A DNA stretch of 64,000 nucleotides from Gekko japonicus (GCF_001447785.1 NW_015171620.1:1-64000), one strand, 5' to 3'; positions 38,434 through 50,701 are shown, numbered from the stretch's first letter. Notes: generated by a model from the sequence alone, not told the origin. Numbers and translations are program-made.

Positions 38434-39590
38434 AAGTAAAGGTTTCCCTTGCTCCAAAGCTAGTTGAATCTGACTCTCTATGCCAGTGGTGGCGAACCTA
38501 TGGCACGGGTGCCAGAGGGGGCACTCAGAACACTCTCTGTGGGCACGCGTGCCATCGCCCCAGCCAGGCCCAGACCACCATTAAAGTGTCGAACTCTCTG
38601 CCAAATAATTTTAAGTAAATGAAAGCATTTGGGATTGCTTTCCTTACTTTGGATCATCTTAAGTTAATGTATGAGTTGTTTTTTTCTAACGTAAAACCTC
38701 AGTATTCAGGTTTAATTGCCATGTTGGCACTTTGCGATAAATAAGTGGGCCTCAGTGCTTAGTTCTCGTGGCCCTTTCTTACACACAGAGATCAGTTCCC
38801 CTGAGGGGAAATGGCAGCTTCAGAGAGTGGACTCTGGCTTTGCAACCCTCTTCTCCTCACCCACCCCAGGATCCATTCCCCAAAACTCCACGAATTTCCC
38901 AGCTCAGAGCTGGCAACCAGTGTCCCCTCTAAGCTGAGTTAGTGTGAGCTAGCTCACAGTTCTTTAGCCTCCAGCCCACACATTTTTGTCTTCGCTCAGG
39001 AAGGAGGGCTCCAGAGCAAACTGATTTATGCAGCAGCCAAATCGCTCCCTCACAACTTTCATGCCAGCGGCTCACAAACTAGAATTTTTCCTCACAAGAC
39101 TCCACAGCTTAGAGGGAACATTGCTGGCAACCCTATTACTCCAGGGTGTCTAGAGTGGAGTAACTCTGCATAAGTATGCACCGTGTTAGCCATATTTGGA
39201 GATAAAAGAAAGAGGAAAGACTTGGGCTTAGAACCTCACCACGGGAAGACAATTTTATCCAGTTCCTCCTTCCCACTACAGGGCCCTCTTCTCCCCACAG
39301 CTGTTCAGTGGGGTCCAGAGACCACTGGGGCTGCAGCAAGAAGGGGGAGGCAGGAAAATCCATGTATATAAGTCCCTTTCCATTTGCACTAGTTGGATCC
39401 AGCCAGGTTTCTCACTCTACCTCACCTAATTCCCTTCTTGACTACAACCCTTGTGCCACAAGGCTTTTGTTCATATGAGTCCCACGATCCCTGGCATAGC
39501 CTTTTCTGGATGGTTGAAGGGCACCTGCCCTTCCTGTTTCACCCACAGAAAAGCCACTTGGATCTAAACCTTGGTGTCCATCTGTTTGTA

Positions 39591-40053
39591 CAGGGGTCAT
39601 TTCGTAGAAAAGGAGGTGCAGGAGCTCATTAGCATAACGTATTTGCATATGACACACGCCCTGACAACACCAGAAGTGTGTCAGAAGGCAACACCCACCA
39701 CTTAGGCTCCACTGGACAGTTTTGGATTGCTAGCTATTGGGGGGGGGGGGAATGGGCAGATCTGTCCTTGCAGAGGAGGGAGAGCTTGTACCTGAATAAA
39801 ACTTGGTCTTTTAAAAAAAAGATTTATTTATGATTTTTACATTACAAAGAGAAAAACAAAGTTGATCTTAAAGGTGCCACTGGACTGTCTTGGACCGGGG
39901 GGGCAGGGGGAGCTCTGCAACTTACCTGGCTGCTTTTTGCTCTGACTGAGGGCTGCTGGGAGCAGGGGGTGGGGCTTGTTGCATGTGCCCGCCACCTCAT
40001 CTCTTGACTGCCGGAGCTGCGCTCCTGGGCAGTCCTGCAGGAAATGACCCCTG
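39591..40053. mobile_element. hAT MITE with CAGGGGTCATTTC TIRs (second copy at 45106-45507, opposite orientation)
   Basis: 8-bp TSDs tgtttgta and gccatcat. Confidence 0.85.
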
Positions 40054-40294
40054 TGTTTGTAACTGAGAGCCGTCTCCAAGAACAGAGTGGCCTCAGTCCC
40101 ATCTCAGCCACTGTCCTTCAGAGACTAGCCAAGCATCTAGCCGAGGTCGTTTCCTAATGCCCCAGTTTTCCATGTACAGGGAAGCATCCTTGTTTCTGTT
40201 TTGGTCCTGTGGAGGTAGGTCTTCCCTTGACAGATCTATCAACAGGAGATGGCCCATGTTTACCAAACACAGCATTCTGGAAGGAAAGGCTGAT

Positions 40295-40470
40295 TACTCG
40301 TGGCAATTGCCTGCATATCATAACAACAGGGAGCCGAGCTGTCTTCTAGCGATATTACTCTTGAGGGGCCATTTCCCACGGGTCACCGATAATTTATTAG
40401 TAGCATTTCGGTTTCTCCTCTCATTTCCCTCCAAGCCATGACCAAAGCTGCAGCTGAACACCACTGTCAG
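40295..40470 (+). promoter_or_regulatory. Putative OR6 promoter
   Basis: CTCTTGAGGGG at 40358, TTCCCACGGG at 40373 and ATTTAT at 40392, in the same spacing as paralogues; homologous donor not found. Confidence 0.45.
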
Positions 40471-41143
40471 ACCACAGTCTCTGCCAACAGTCTGGAGAGA
40501 GACTGAAAGAGAAGGTTCATGTTATGCATCTGCTATTCTTCACTGGTTTTCGTGATTTTAACTTAATTATCAGTGAATCCAAACACTCTGGGGCTGCTGC
40601 TTTCTTCCAGTCCGACCTGTTTTATGGGGTTCCGTGCGCCTTGCTGTTTAGTCATGCCGGCCACATGACCACGGAAGCGTCTTCGGACAGCGCTGGCTCT
40701 TCGGCTTGGAAACGGAGATGAGCACCGCAACCCTAGAGTCGGATTCGACTGGCTTTTGAGCAAGGGAGACCTTTACCTTTTTAATACTGGCTTGCTGTGA
40801 CCTGGATGGCCCAGGCTAGCCCGATCTCATCAGATCTCAGAAGCTAAGCAGGGTTGGCCTTGGTTAGTACTTGGATTGGAGACCACCAAGGAAGTCCAGG
40901 GTCACTATGAAGAGGCAGGCAATGACGTTTGGTTTTTTGTTTGTTTTTCTGTACTCGGGGTAATCTGTATTGCACCCGAAACATTCTAAAAAGGCATTCC
41001 CTGCGATTCGATTAGGACTTCCATTTTATCATGACATAGGTGAGTGTCATTACATAAGAGATTGTGTGTGCGTGGCTTTCTAAATGGAACTTGCATATTC
41101 AAGCTTAGCCTCACTGGCATTATTTTGGCCTTCCTTCAGCCCA

Positions 41144-41728
41144 TGAAAAGATAGAGCCACAGGAACTGTGTGAAGTGCGCCCAATGTTTCTTTAACGATA
41201 GCAATAATGTTATAGATATGAAAATTGCAAAAGTGATACTAATACACTCAAGTTGTAAATCCAGTTACATATGATAGAAGATCACAACGACGGCGGGACG
41301 GTGGTCTCCAGAATGTGATGCCGTTTCGACAAACGTCTTCTTCTGACCAAGAATCTAGAAGTGGATGATGTTTGGAAAGTTGCACTTCAATAGAAAAGCT
41401 ACCCGATTCACATGAAGTTCAATAACAGTTTCACCTATTTCATTGCACAAGTAATGGAGAAAATTTCTCCCCACTTATAGATTCTTGGTCAGAAGAAGAC
41501 GTTTGTCGAAACGGCATCACATTCTGGAGACCACCGTCCCGCCGTCGTTGTTATCTTCTATCATATGTAACTGGATTTACAATTTGAGTGTATTAGTATC
41601 ACTTTTGTAATTTTCATATCTAAAACATTATTGCTATCGTTAAAGAAACATTGAGCGCACTTTACACAGTTCCTGTGGCTCTATCTTTTCATGTCTATGG
41701 ACTGTGACCATATTTGTCTTTGTACATA
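41144..41728. mobile_element. Penelope-like element remnant with a 223-bp inverted repeat
   Basis: Arms 41142-41364 / 41471-41693, 14-bp TSD cttccttcagccca, hammerhead-like motif. Confidence 0.7.
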
Positions 41729-42027
41729 CTTCCTTCAGCCCAGACATGAAGACAATTTAGCATGTGCAAGATAGGAAGGGAATGACTCCCAGCCACATTC
41801 AAAAGCATAATATGTGGCCCAAAGTTACTCTTTAGACTTAACAACGTATAGCTACCCGATGCAGCTTGTTTCTGCAGAAAATGGACATGATATCTGAACT
41901 GCAGGAGGACTGCTCTCCTTCCCTAACTGATTGGCATGTATCTTTAGCACTTCTTTTTCTAGGGATACAAATAACCAGTCAATAAAGGTATATCATGCAT
42001 AACGATAATTTTCTTATCTATTTTTAG

Positions 42028-42990
42028 ATGGAGGTAGTCAATGGGACTAGAATTCGGGAATTCGTTTTGCTGGGATTTGAACTCGGGCAGCGGAAGTGTT
42101 TCCTACTCCTCATCTTCTTCAGCATTCTCTATGTGTTGACACTGGCTGAGAACATCACCATCATCACACTGGTGGTTCTAGACACCCACTTGTCCCGGCT
42201 TCCCATGTACATCCTGCTGAGCAACTTCTCCTGGCTGGAGATCTGTTATGTGAGCACCACTATGCCCCGGATGCTCTTTGACCTGGCCTCATCCCACAAG
42301 ACCATCTCCTTCAGTTCCTGCTTCCTCCAATTTTACATCTTCTTCTCTCTGGGCACAACAGAATGCTTCTTCCTCTCATCCATGGCCTTGGACCGGTACT
42401 TGGCCATCTGTCACCCACTGCGCTATCCACAAATTATGTCTCCAAATTCTTGTTATGTTTTGGTAACGTCTTGTTGGCTCCTTGGATTCCTGGTGTATGT
42501 CATCCCAGTGACTTTGATTTCCAGTATGACTTTCTGTGGTCCCAATGTTATCGACCATTTTTTGTGTGATCCTGGGCCAATTCTGTCATTGGCTTGCCCT
42601 CCACTAGCAAATGCTCCTATTATCCTTCAGACCGCCATGAATGTTGTCGTTTGTCTAGGCAATATGTTCTTTGTTGTGCTCTCCTACGGGGCCGTGATTC
42701 TAACCCTGATGAAAACCTCTCGCCAAGGCAACCGGACAAAGTCCTTCTCCACCATATCTTTCCACTTAGTGGTGGTGGCGCTTTTCTATGGCCCCGTGGC
42801 AGGGTCTTATGTAGTCCCGGTTGGAGAAGGCGAGATGAAGGTCATTAAGGTCATAACACTCTTCTACACTGCCGTGACACCCTTTCTCAACCCCATTATC
42901 TATTGTCTGAGAAATGATCAGGTGAAGGAGGCACTAGGCAGGTTGTGGAAGAGAAAGACAATATTTCTGATGAGGAGAGTGACTGTGTAG
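42028..42990 (+). CDS. Olfactory receptor, family 11-like, intact, 320 aa (OR6)
   Basis: Same OR motifs, more divergent N-terminus. Confidence 0.95.
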   Translation: MEVVNGTRIREFVLLGFELGQRKCFLLLIFFSILYVLTLAENITIITLVVLDTHLSRLPMYILLSNFSWLEICYVSTTMPRMLFDLASSHKTISFSSCFLQFYIFFSLGTTECFFLSSMALDRYLAICHPLRYPQIMSPNSCYVLVTSCWLLGFLVYVIPVTLISSMTFCGPNVIDHFLCDPGPILSLACPPLANAPIILQTAMNVVVCLGNMFFVVLSYGAVILTLMKTSRQGNRTKSFSTISFHLVVVALFYGPVAGSYVVPVGEGEMKVIKVITLFYTAVTPFLNPIIYCLRNDQVKEALGRLWKRKTIFLMRRVTV

Positions 42991-43121
42991 GGAGGTGAGA
43001 AGAAGGTGGGGAAGAAACACCCAACCTCCCGGCAACATTAATACATTCAACCTTTGGACAAGAAGGGTATCTTTCCTTGATCATAGATTCAGGTGGGGTA
43101 GCCGTGTTGGTCTGAAGCAAT

Positions 43122-43344
43122 CAGGGCCGGCTCATTCACTAGGCAAACTAGGCAATCGCCTAGAGTGGGCCAGCCCTTAGGGGCGCCAAGCTGCACCCGG
43201 CCCCGTACTCTGGGAGTTTCTTGATTATTTGTGTTTTTCATTCTTCCTAAAATGCATTTATTTTTTAAAATTGGTGGGCGCATGGGGGGGGGGCGCCAGA
43301 AGGGATCCTCGCCTAGGGTGCAAAATAAGCTGGGGCCGGCCTTG
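43122..43344. mobile_element. hAT MITE nested in a Penelope remnant
   Basis: TIR CAGGGCCGGC / GCCGGCCTTG, TSD gaagcaat. Confidence 0.8.
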
Positions 43345-43358
43345 GAAGCAATAGAAAT

Positions 43359-43517
43359 AAGTCTGAGTCCAGTGGCACCGTTAAGACCAACAAGTTTAAT
43401 TCTGGGTATAAGCTTTCGTGTGCACACACACCGTATCTGAAGAAACGTGCTTGCACATGAAAGCGTATACCCAGAATTAAACTCGTTGGTCTTAAAGGTG
43501 CCCCTGGACTCAGACTT
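43359..43517. mobile_element. Penelope (Neptune-type) inverted terminal repeat; related pieces at about 24455-24550 and 24640-24790
   Basis: Palindrome gagtccagtggcacc.ttaagaccaac...gttggtcttaaaggtgcc.ctggactc containing CTGAAGA...GAAA. Confidence 0.8.
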
Positions 43518-46234
43518 TGCCCTGTTTCCCTGATCAGTGTGTCTTAGATTGCCAGTCAGAAAGCCTTCCCATTAAGCTGGGGAAAGAGCCAAGCTTGTTG
43601 CTTCCTTGGAAACCCAGAGGCCACCTCAAGGTATTTCTCTGACCGCTTTGTGAACCAGAACCCAAATCTGCAAACATTTTAAGCCCAAGGTTATTGAGAT
43701 CTCTCTGTCGTGCAACTCTTCTGTGATGCTTAAAATGAAAGGCTTGGTCTGTTCTTTTTATACAGCAGCCTCAACCGTATGGTTTTTAAAAAGGTCAAGG
43801 TTCCCTTGCTCGAAAGCCAGTCGAATCCGACTCTAGGGTTGCGGTGCTCATCTCCATTTCCAAGCCGAAGAGCCAGCGCTGTCCGAAGACGTTTCCGTGG
43901 TCATGTGGCCGGCATGCCTTTGTTTGTTCTATTTGTATACTTTGATTAGATTTTAAAGAACTGCATGTGACCTTTAACATGTAGACATATACCCAAAGCG
44001 TTTGATTAGCCTGTCAAAGTTCCTTGTTACTCTCTTTGTAGTTTTAGTTTTGTAGTTTATAGTTTGTAGTGTGTAGTAAGAAAACAATAACAATTATATA
44101 TATATTAAAAAAAGAAGTCCAGGGATGCTGTGCAGAGGCAAGCAATGGCAAAACCCCCACGGGGCTGCCGTAAGTCAGCTGTGACTTGATGGCAAAAGAA
44201 AAGTTGGCATGTGTACAACTTTAGTCTCCTTTTAAAGCCCTCAAAGCCAGTAGTGTCTATCACCAGATCAATTGGCAGTAACTCCTGAAGAAATACTTCA
44301 TTTGTATGTCCTAAATGATCCAGGGCTATTTTTGGGCAGGAACGCACAGGAACGGAGTTCCAGCGGGCTCCCGAGTTGGCCACGCCCAGCAGGAACTCAT
44401 TAGCATAATAGGCCACACCCAACAGCAGACACTCATTAGGATTGGCTACATTAGGGTTGTGTGGCCTAACATGCAAAGGAGTTCCTGCATCAAAAAAAGC
44501 CCTGGGTTTTGACAACAAACAAGGTAAACAGAATAAGAAGCAAAAGGTGAGTGAGGCTGGATGACCACACTTCTGGTAACATGGGGGTGTGGCCTAATGT
44601 GCTAATGAGCTGTGTTGTCAGGGGTGTGACCTAATATGCTAATAAGTTTCTGCTGTTGGGTGTGGCCTATTATGCTAATGCGTTCCTGCTGGGCTTTTTC
44701 TACAAAAAGAGCCCTGCGCTAAACCTCCTGCCTATCAGTTTCACTGGGCAAAGTGTTTCAAAGCATTCTTGAGCTTGAATTGTGTTGCTTACGATGTTAG
44801 CTTTACATCTCATATTTCTGTGCTCAGTTATCTCTTTTTTGCCTCCTTGGAAAATGACTAGACATAAAACAAAATACTTAGCACAAGGCGACCCATATCT
44901 TCAAAGCAAAGGCCCCCATCGCCTTATTTTGCACTCCGTCTGCTATCAAAGATGTGCAGTCCGTACTTGAACAAGTCAAACATTCATTTCCCATTTATTG
45001 CTTTTGAAGAATTGTAGTCCCCTTCGCCGCCACCTCTGCCACCAGGCTGTCCACACAAGGTTCTCTCCCACCCACCCCAGATGCACGCGTTGGATTTGCC
45101 ATCATCAGGGGTCATTTCCTGCCGGAGCGCACAGGAGCGGAGCTCCGGCAGTAAAGAGCCCAGGAGGTGGGCACATGCAACAAGCCCCACCCCCTGCTTC
45201 CAGCAGCCCTCAGTCAGAGTAAGAAACAACCAGGTAAGTTGCAGAGCCCCCCCCAAAAAACAGTCCAGTGGCACCTTTAAGACCAAGTTTTATTCAGGCA
45301 CAAGCTCTCCCTCCTCTGTGAGGACAGATCTGCATGTCCCCCCCCCCATAGCTAGCAATCCAAAAGAGTCCAGTGGTGCCTGAGCAGTGGGTGTTGCCTT
45401 CTCACACACTTCCAGTGATGTCAGGGGGCGTGGCATATGCAAATAAGTTATGCTAATGAGTTATGCTAATGAGCTCCTGCATCTCATTTCCTACGAAATG
45501 ACCCCTGGCCATCATACTGTTTTTGCCAGGCGGGAGCCAGGCCAACCATACACATGAGGGGCAAGTGGCTCCCACTGGGAGAAGGAAAAGGAGGCCACAC
45601 AAGACACCATTTGGCCTTCAGCTCCTATCTCTGTTAGCGAGAGAAGAAGAGGAAGAAGAAGAGAAGAGATTGGATTTATAGCCCGCCCTTCACTTGGAGT
45701 CCCAGAGCGGCTCACAAACTCCTTTCCCTCCCCCTCCCCACAACAGACACCCTGTGAGGTGGGTGGGGCTGAGAGAACTCTGACAGAAACGGCTCTTTTT
45801 CAAGGACAGCTGTGCCAGAGCTTGTGACTGACCCAAGGTCACATCAGCAGGTGCAAGTGGAGGAGTGGGGACTCAAACCCGGTTCTCCCAGATTAGAGTC
45901 CGCGCACTTAACGACTACACCAAACTGGCTCTTTTCCAAGTACCGTACAGAATGGTGGCTCATTGCCTCAGTCAATCCAACACTGTTCAGGGAGAATAAT
46001 ATCTAGCCAAGGTTTCTGCCAGACACATCAGGGAGAGTCTTGTTTTGATCTTCTGGCAGCAAGTCTTCCCTTGGGAGATGCATCAATAGGACTTGGTGAC
46101 ATCAGTTATTGGGTGGAACCTTTTTCTATCACCTCTCCCTTGAACTGCAGACGTTTTCCTATAATAAGTCAAAGTTACTAATACATTTCATTGTTCATAA
46201 CGGTCCATAGCAGACACAGAATTCCAAAGGGGGC

Positions 46235-46552
46235 TTACCTGTGGAAACTGCCTGTTTCTCTATTCCCTGGAAGAGCTAAGCTGCCTCCAAAGAGGCAATA
46301 TTGTGGCTTCTATTGATGTTGCTCTACAGGGACCCTTTCCCAAGGGGCACCAAATATTTATCAGCAGCATTCCACTTTGCCCTTCCCACATAGCCACTCC
46401 GTCTTCCCGCTATCTGACCACATGACCAACGCTACAGTTGGGCATCATCGTCCAACACCAGGAAAAACGACGTATGTCTTCACAAGATTTCACCCCTGAC
46501 CTTATGATGAAGCTTTTGCTGGATGGAGCAGCATTTTAAACACTACTAAGGT
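46235..46552 (+). promoter_or_regulatory. Putative OR7 promoter plus first exon
   Basis: CTCTACAGGGA at 46322, TTCCCAAGGGG at 46337, ATTTAT at 46356, donor AAG|GTACAG at 46550/46551. Confidence 0.5.
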
Positions 46553-49500
46553 ACAGAAATGGGAACCTTAAGAAGGTTGCGGAAAGCAGGATGAATCTGA
46601 ATGGGTGTCACAGTCAATCAACAGATGTGAGCGTCATCAAAGAAATTACAATAGGCCAATATAAAGCTATGTCTGTTGAAAGAGAGTGTGGGAAGGCTTA
46701 CAACATCCCTGTGATGCTTTTGGCCTCCTTGATTTTAACTTGGTTAATAATAAAGTCAGGAGGGAAGGCAAGATGGGGTAGCCCAGTCTTATCAGTTCTT
46801 GGAAGCTAAGCACGGTCAGTACCAGTGTTCCCTCTAAGCTGAGTTAGTGTGAGCTAGCTCACAGTTTTTTAGCCTCCGGCTCACACATTTTTGTCTGAGC
46901 TCAGGAAGGATGGCTCCAGAGCAAACTAATTGATGCAGTAGCCAAATCGCTCGCTCACAATTTTAATGCCAGTAGCTCACAAGCTAGAAGTTTTGCTCAC
47001 AAGACTCCACAACTTAGAGGGAACATTGGAAGGGTGACCGCCAGGGAAGGCTTCCCCTAGGCAATGGTAAACCTCCCCCCCCCCCGCTTCTCGCTTGCCT
47101 CACTGGAGTTGCCATAAGTCAGTGGAGACTTGATAACACATAAATAAGTAATAATGAAGTCAAAGACCCATTTTGCTGCCTTTTTATATATATATATAAA
47201 CTCTCCTAAAAAGGAGAGAATTTTATTGCTTTTAATTTCAGAAAGACGGAGGGTATATAGCGGGATTAAGAAAAGAGTGAGTGATGCTTTTATTAGCATA
47301 TTAATCTTTTGTTAGTATTAATCATATCTTCTTTTGGCTTCTTCTGTGAGTTGATCAATCGTCTTTCATCTTATCCTGTGAAAACAAATAGAAATGTTAG
47401 TGTATTAGTATTGTTAGTAAAGTCTTTTCATGCGCTTCCCAAACCAATCTTCATGTTCTGGGCTGTCTTCCTTTTATGTCTCTCAGATTGTAAGATGGAC
47501 CTTTCGCTGCTCCTTCATCTTCCGGACTCTTGTCCCCTTTCTCTGAGCCGCTGTCTTCGTCGCTGCCAAATACCTCCCATTTACCATTTTGCTGCCTTTT
47601 TTTATAGAATTCTGCCTTTTTATAGAATTATAGAATTCTGCCTGCAAACCTGCAGAGTTATTGAGAGGGCATAAATGTGGCAAAGTGCAAATCTAGTGGT
47701 GTTCGGAAAGACAACAATCGTCAGTCAAAGTCTAAGCACCCCACCAAAATGCACAGACATGAGACCAGAGGAATGCTCTGAGCAGAACAGGCTAAGCAAG
47801 TCCCCTCCTAACTGGGACATTGCTTGGGGGGGTCCCAGGTGAACAACAGTTGGCTTCCAAGGGGTGAGGAAGATGGAGGTAATAAATGAAAAGCAGGAGG
47901 ATATACTTACTTTGATGTGACATGTTCAGTTTCTGGGCTCAGTGCTTTGAAAATAATTTAGGGACGCAGGATCAGTTGCAGAAGAGGGCAGTGAAGGTGG
48001 TCATGCAAACAAACATGGACGGCTTCAAAGGGGAATTAGATAGGCATATGGAGCAGAGGTCCATCAGTGGCTATTAGCCACAAGGTATAGATAGGGGCTC
48101 TGGGGCAAGTGATGCTCTGTCTTCTTGGTGCTTGGGGGGGGGCGTGTCAATCAGTGGGAGGGCTTCTAATGTCCTGGCCCCACTGGTGGACCTCCTGATG
48201 GCACCTGGTATTTCTGGCCACTGTGTGACAAAGAGTGTTGGACTGGATGGGCCTTTGGCCTGATCCAACATTGGTGTCTCTTATGTTCTTATGTCTGGGG
48301 CAAGTGATGCTCTGTCTTCTTGGTGCTTGGGGGGGTGTCAATCAGTGGGAGGGCTTCTAATGTCCTGGCCCCACTGGTGGACCTCCTGATGGCACCTGGT
48401 ATTTCTGGCCACTGTGTGATACAGAGTGTTGGACTGGATGGGCCTTTGGCCTGATCCAACATTGGTGTCTCTTATGTTCTTAAGTCCTGTGAGAAAACGC
48501 TGAAGCAACTGGGCATGTTTAGTCAGGTGAAGGGAAGAGCGAGGAAATGTGATTGTGTGATTGCATGTTCCAGATACTCGAAGGGCTGCCACACAGAGGA
48601 AGGCAAAAAACAACAACCCAGGTTCTCTGCTGTCCCAGAGTACAAGACCTCATCTAATGGGCTGGTGTTGCAGAGGGTAGATTTCAGCTGAGTATGAGAA
48701 GAAGCTTTGTGATGGAGAGAATAGTCCAACAACGGAACCAATTCCCTATAAGTGTGGTGGGCTCTCCCTTGCTGGAGGACTTCAGCCAGAGCATAGCGAG
48801 CCATCTGTGGGGAATGCACTTGCTGTGGTTCTTCTGAGCTGAGCAGAGGGTTAGCCTACATGGCCAGTAAGGCCCCTTCCAACTCTATGAATGGTTCTAT
48901 GACGAGCATCCAGGAAGAAATCCAAAGATGCCGAGTTTGGACAGACCGAGCCTCCTTCCCTCACAGTTTGGTCTTGGTGGAAACGTCCAGCTACGTCAAG
49001 AACTTCTAAGAAGCTTCTTGTATCATTTAGCAATGCTGAGAATTATTGTCATGGTTATTGTAGGAACGGGTAAGGTCTGAGGAGATAAGGTGGGAGAGAA
49101 ACGTTTTAAATAAATAGGTTACTGAATTGCTTCAGGCAAGCAGCCTGCACCCTTTTCAGCCTTCTAATACATCCTGAAACGCAGTTAGCCAAGGGAGGCT
49201 CCTTTCGATAGCTGGAAAATGAATGCATTGAAGTTTGGTGTCGTGGTTAAGTGCGCGGACTCTAATCTGGGAGAACCGGGTTTGATTCCCCACTCCTCCA
49301 CTTGCACCTGGCTGGATGACCTTGGGCAAGCCATAGCTCTGATAAGAGCTGTCCTTGAAAAAGAGCAGTTTGTGTCAAGAGCTCTCTCAGCCCCACCTAC
49401 CTCACAGGGTGTCTGTTGTGGGGAGGGGAAGGGAAGGGAGTTTGTAAGCCATTCTGAGACACCTTTGGGTAGTGAAGGGCGGGGTATAAATCCAATCTCT

Positions 49501-50518
49501 TCTTCTTCTTTTACCTCACAGGGTGCCTGTTGTGGGGTGGGGAAGGGAAAGGTGTTTGTGAGCCGCTCTGAGACACCTTTGGGTAGTGAAGGGCNNNNNN
49601 NNNNNNNNNNNNNNNNNNNNNNNNNNNNNNNNNNNNNNNNNNNNNNNNNNNNNNNNNNNNNNNNNNNNNNNNNNNNNNNNNNNNNNNNNNNNNNNNNNNN
49701 NNNNNNNNNNNNNNNNNNNNNNNNNNNNCCGCAGGTCTATCAAGGTCAGCACTGTCTACTCTGACTAACCCCAGTTCTCCATGGTCTCAGGCAAGGGTAT
49801 TCGCATGTCACTGACACTGAGTCCCGACACCTTCCAATGCCAGCAGACCCCGTATTTTTCATCTTACGGAAGTCTCTGGCTCAGATCTTGGCTCAGCTCA
49901 TGAGGGGAATGTAGGCAAGATTCTTCATTCTTCATTTCATTGGGACCTCACCAGTTTTATGGGGGTTCATAATATCAGCACACTTGATACGGTTCTTCTG
50001 AAGAAGCCTGGGATGTCATACGAAGTCCTTTAAATACTTGGTATGAATTTCCAAAGGTTTTTAAGCAAAAAAGAAAAGAAAAAAGTAGAACGATTCCAGA
50101 TAACGAATGCTTATTCCTCCGTTTATATATATATAGATACGATTTCAGATAACTAATGCTTATTCCTCCGTTTATATATATATATAGATATACACAGACA
50201 TATATACATATATATGCACAGACACAGACACACATATCAATGTTCCCTCTAAGCTGTGGAGTCTTGTGAGCAAAAATTCTACTTTGTGAGCTACTGGCAT
50301 GAAAGTTGTGAGCGAGCGATTTGGCTGCTGCATAAATTAGTTTGCTCTGGAGCCGTCCCCTCCTGAGCTAAGACAAGAATGTGTGAGCCGGAGGCTAAAA
50401 AACTGTGAGCCAGCTCACACTAACTCAGCTTAGAGGGAACACTGACACATATATGTTTCCTCCCTTGTGTTTTTTGGTAATTTCACCCGCACAGGGGTGT
50501 CTAACAATAATTCTGCTA

Positions 50519-50677
50519 GTTGCTGTAGATTTTCCAGGTTGCGTGGTCGTGGTCTTGGCATTGTAGAACCTGACGTTTCGCCAGTAGCTGTGACTGGATC
50601 CACAGAGACCACAGCCACACAACCCGGAAAATCTACAGCAACTCATGAACTCCGGCCGTGAAAGCCTTCGATGTCAT
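50519..50677. mobile_element. Penelope (Poseidon-like) short inverted insertion
   Basis: gttgctgtagattttcc / ggaaaatctacagcaac inverted ends, tail ccggccgtgaaagccttcga, 13-bp TSD aataattctgcta. Confidence 0.8.
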
Positions 50678-50701
50678 AATAATTCTGCTATCTGATTCCA
50701 G

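Noticed and set aside
40800-40900. 5S rRNA gene-like sequence
   Set aside because: Diverged, lacks proper 5S ends and is fused to an RTE-like tail; it is a SINE
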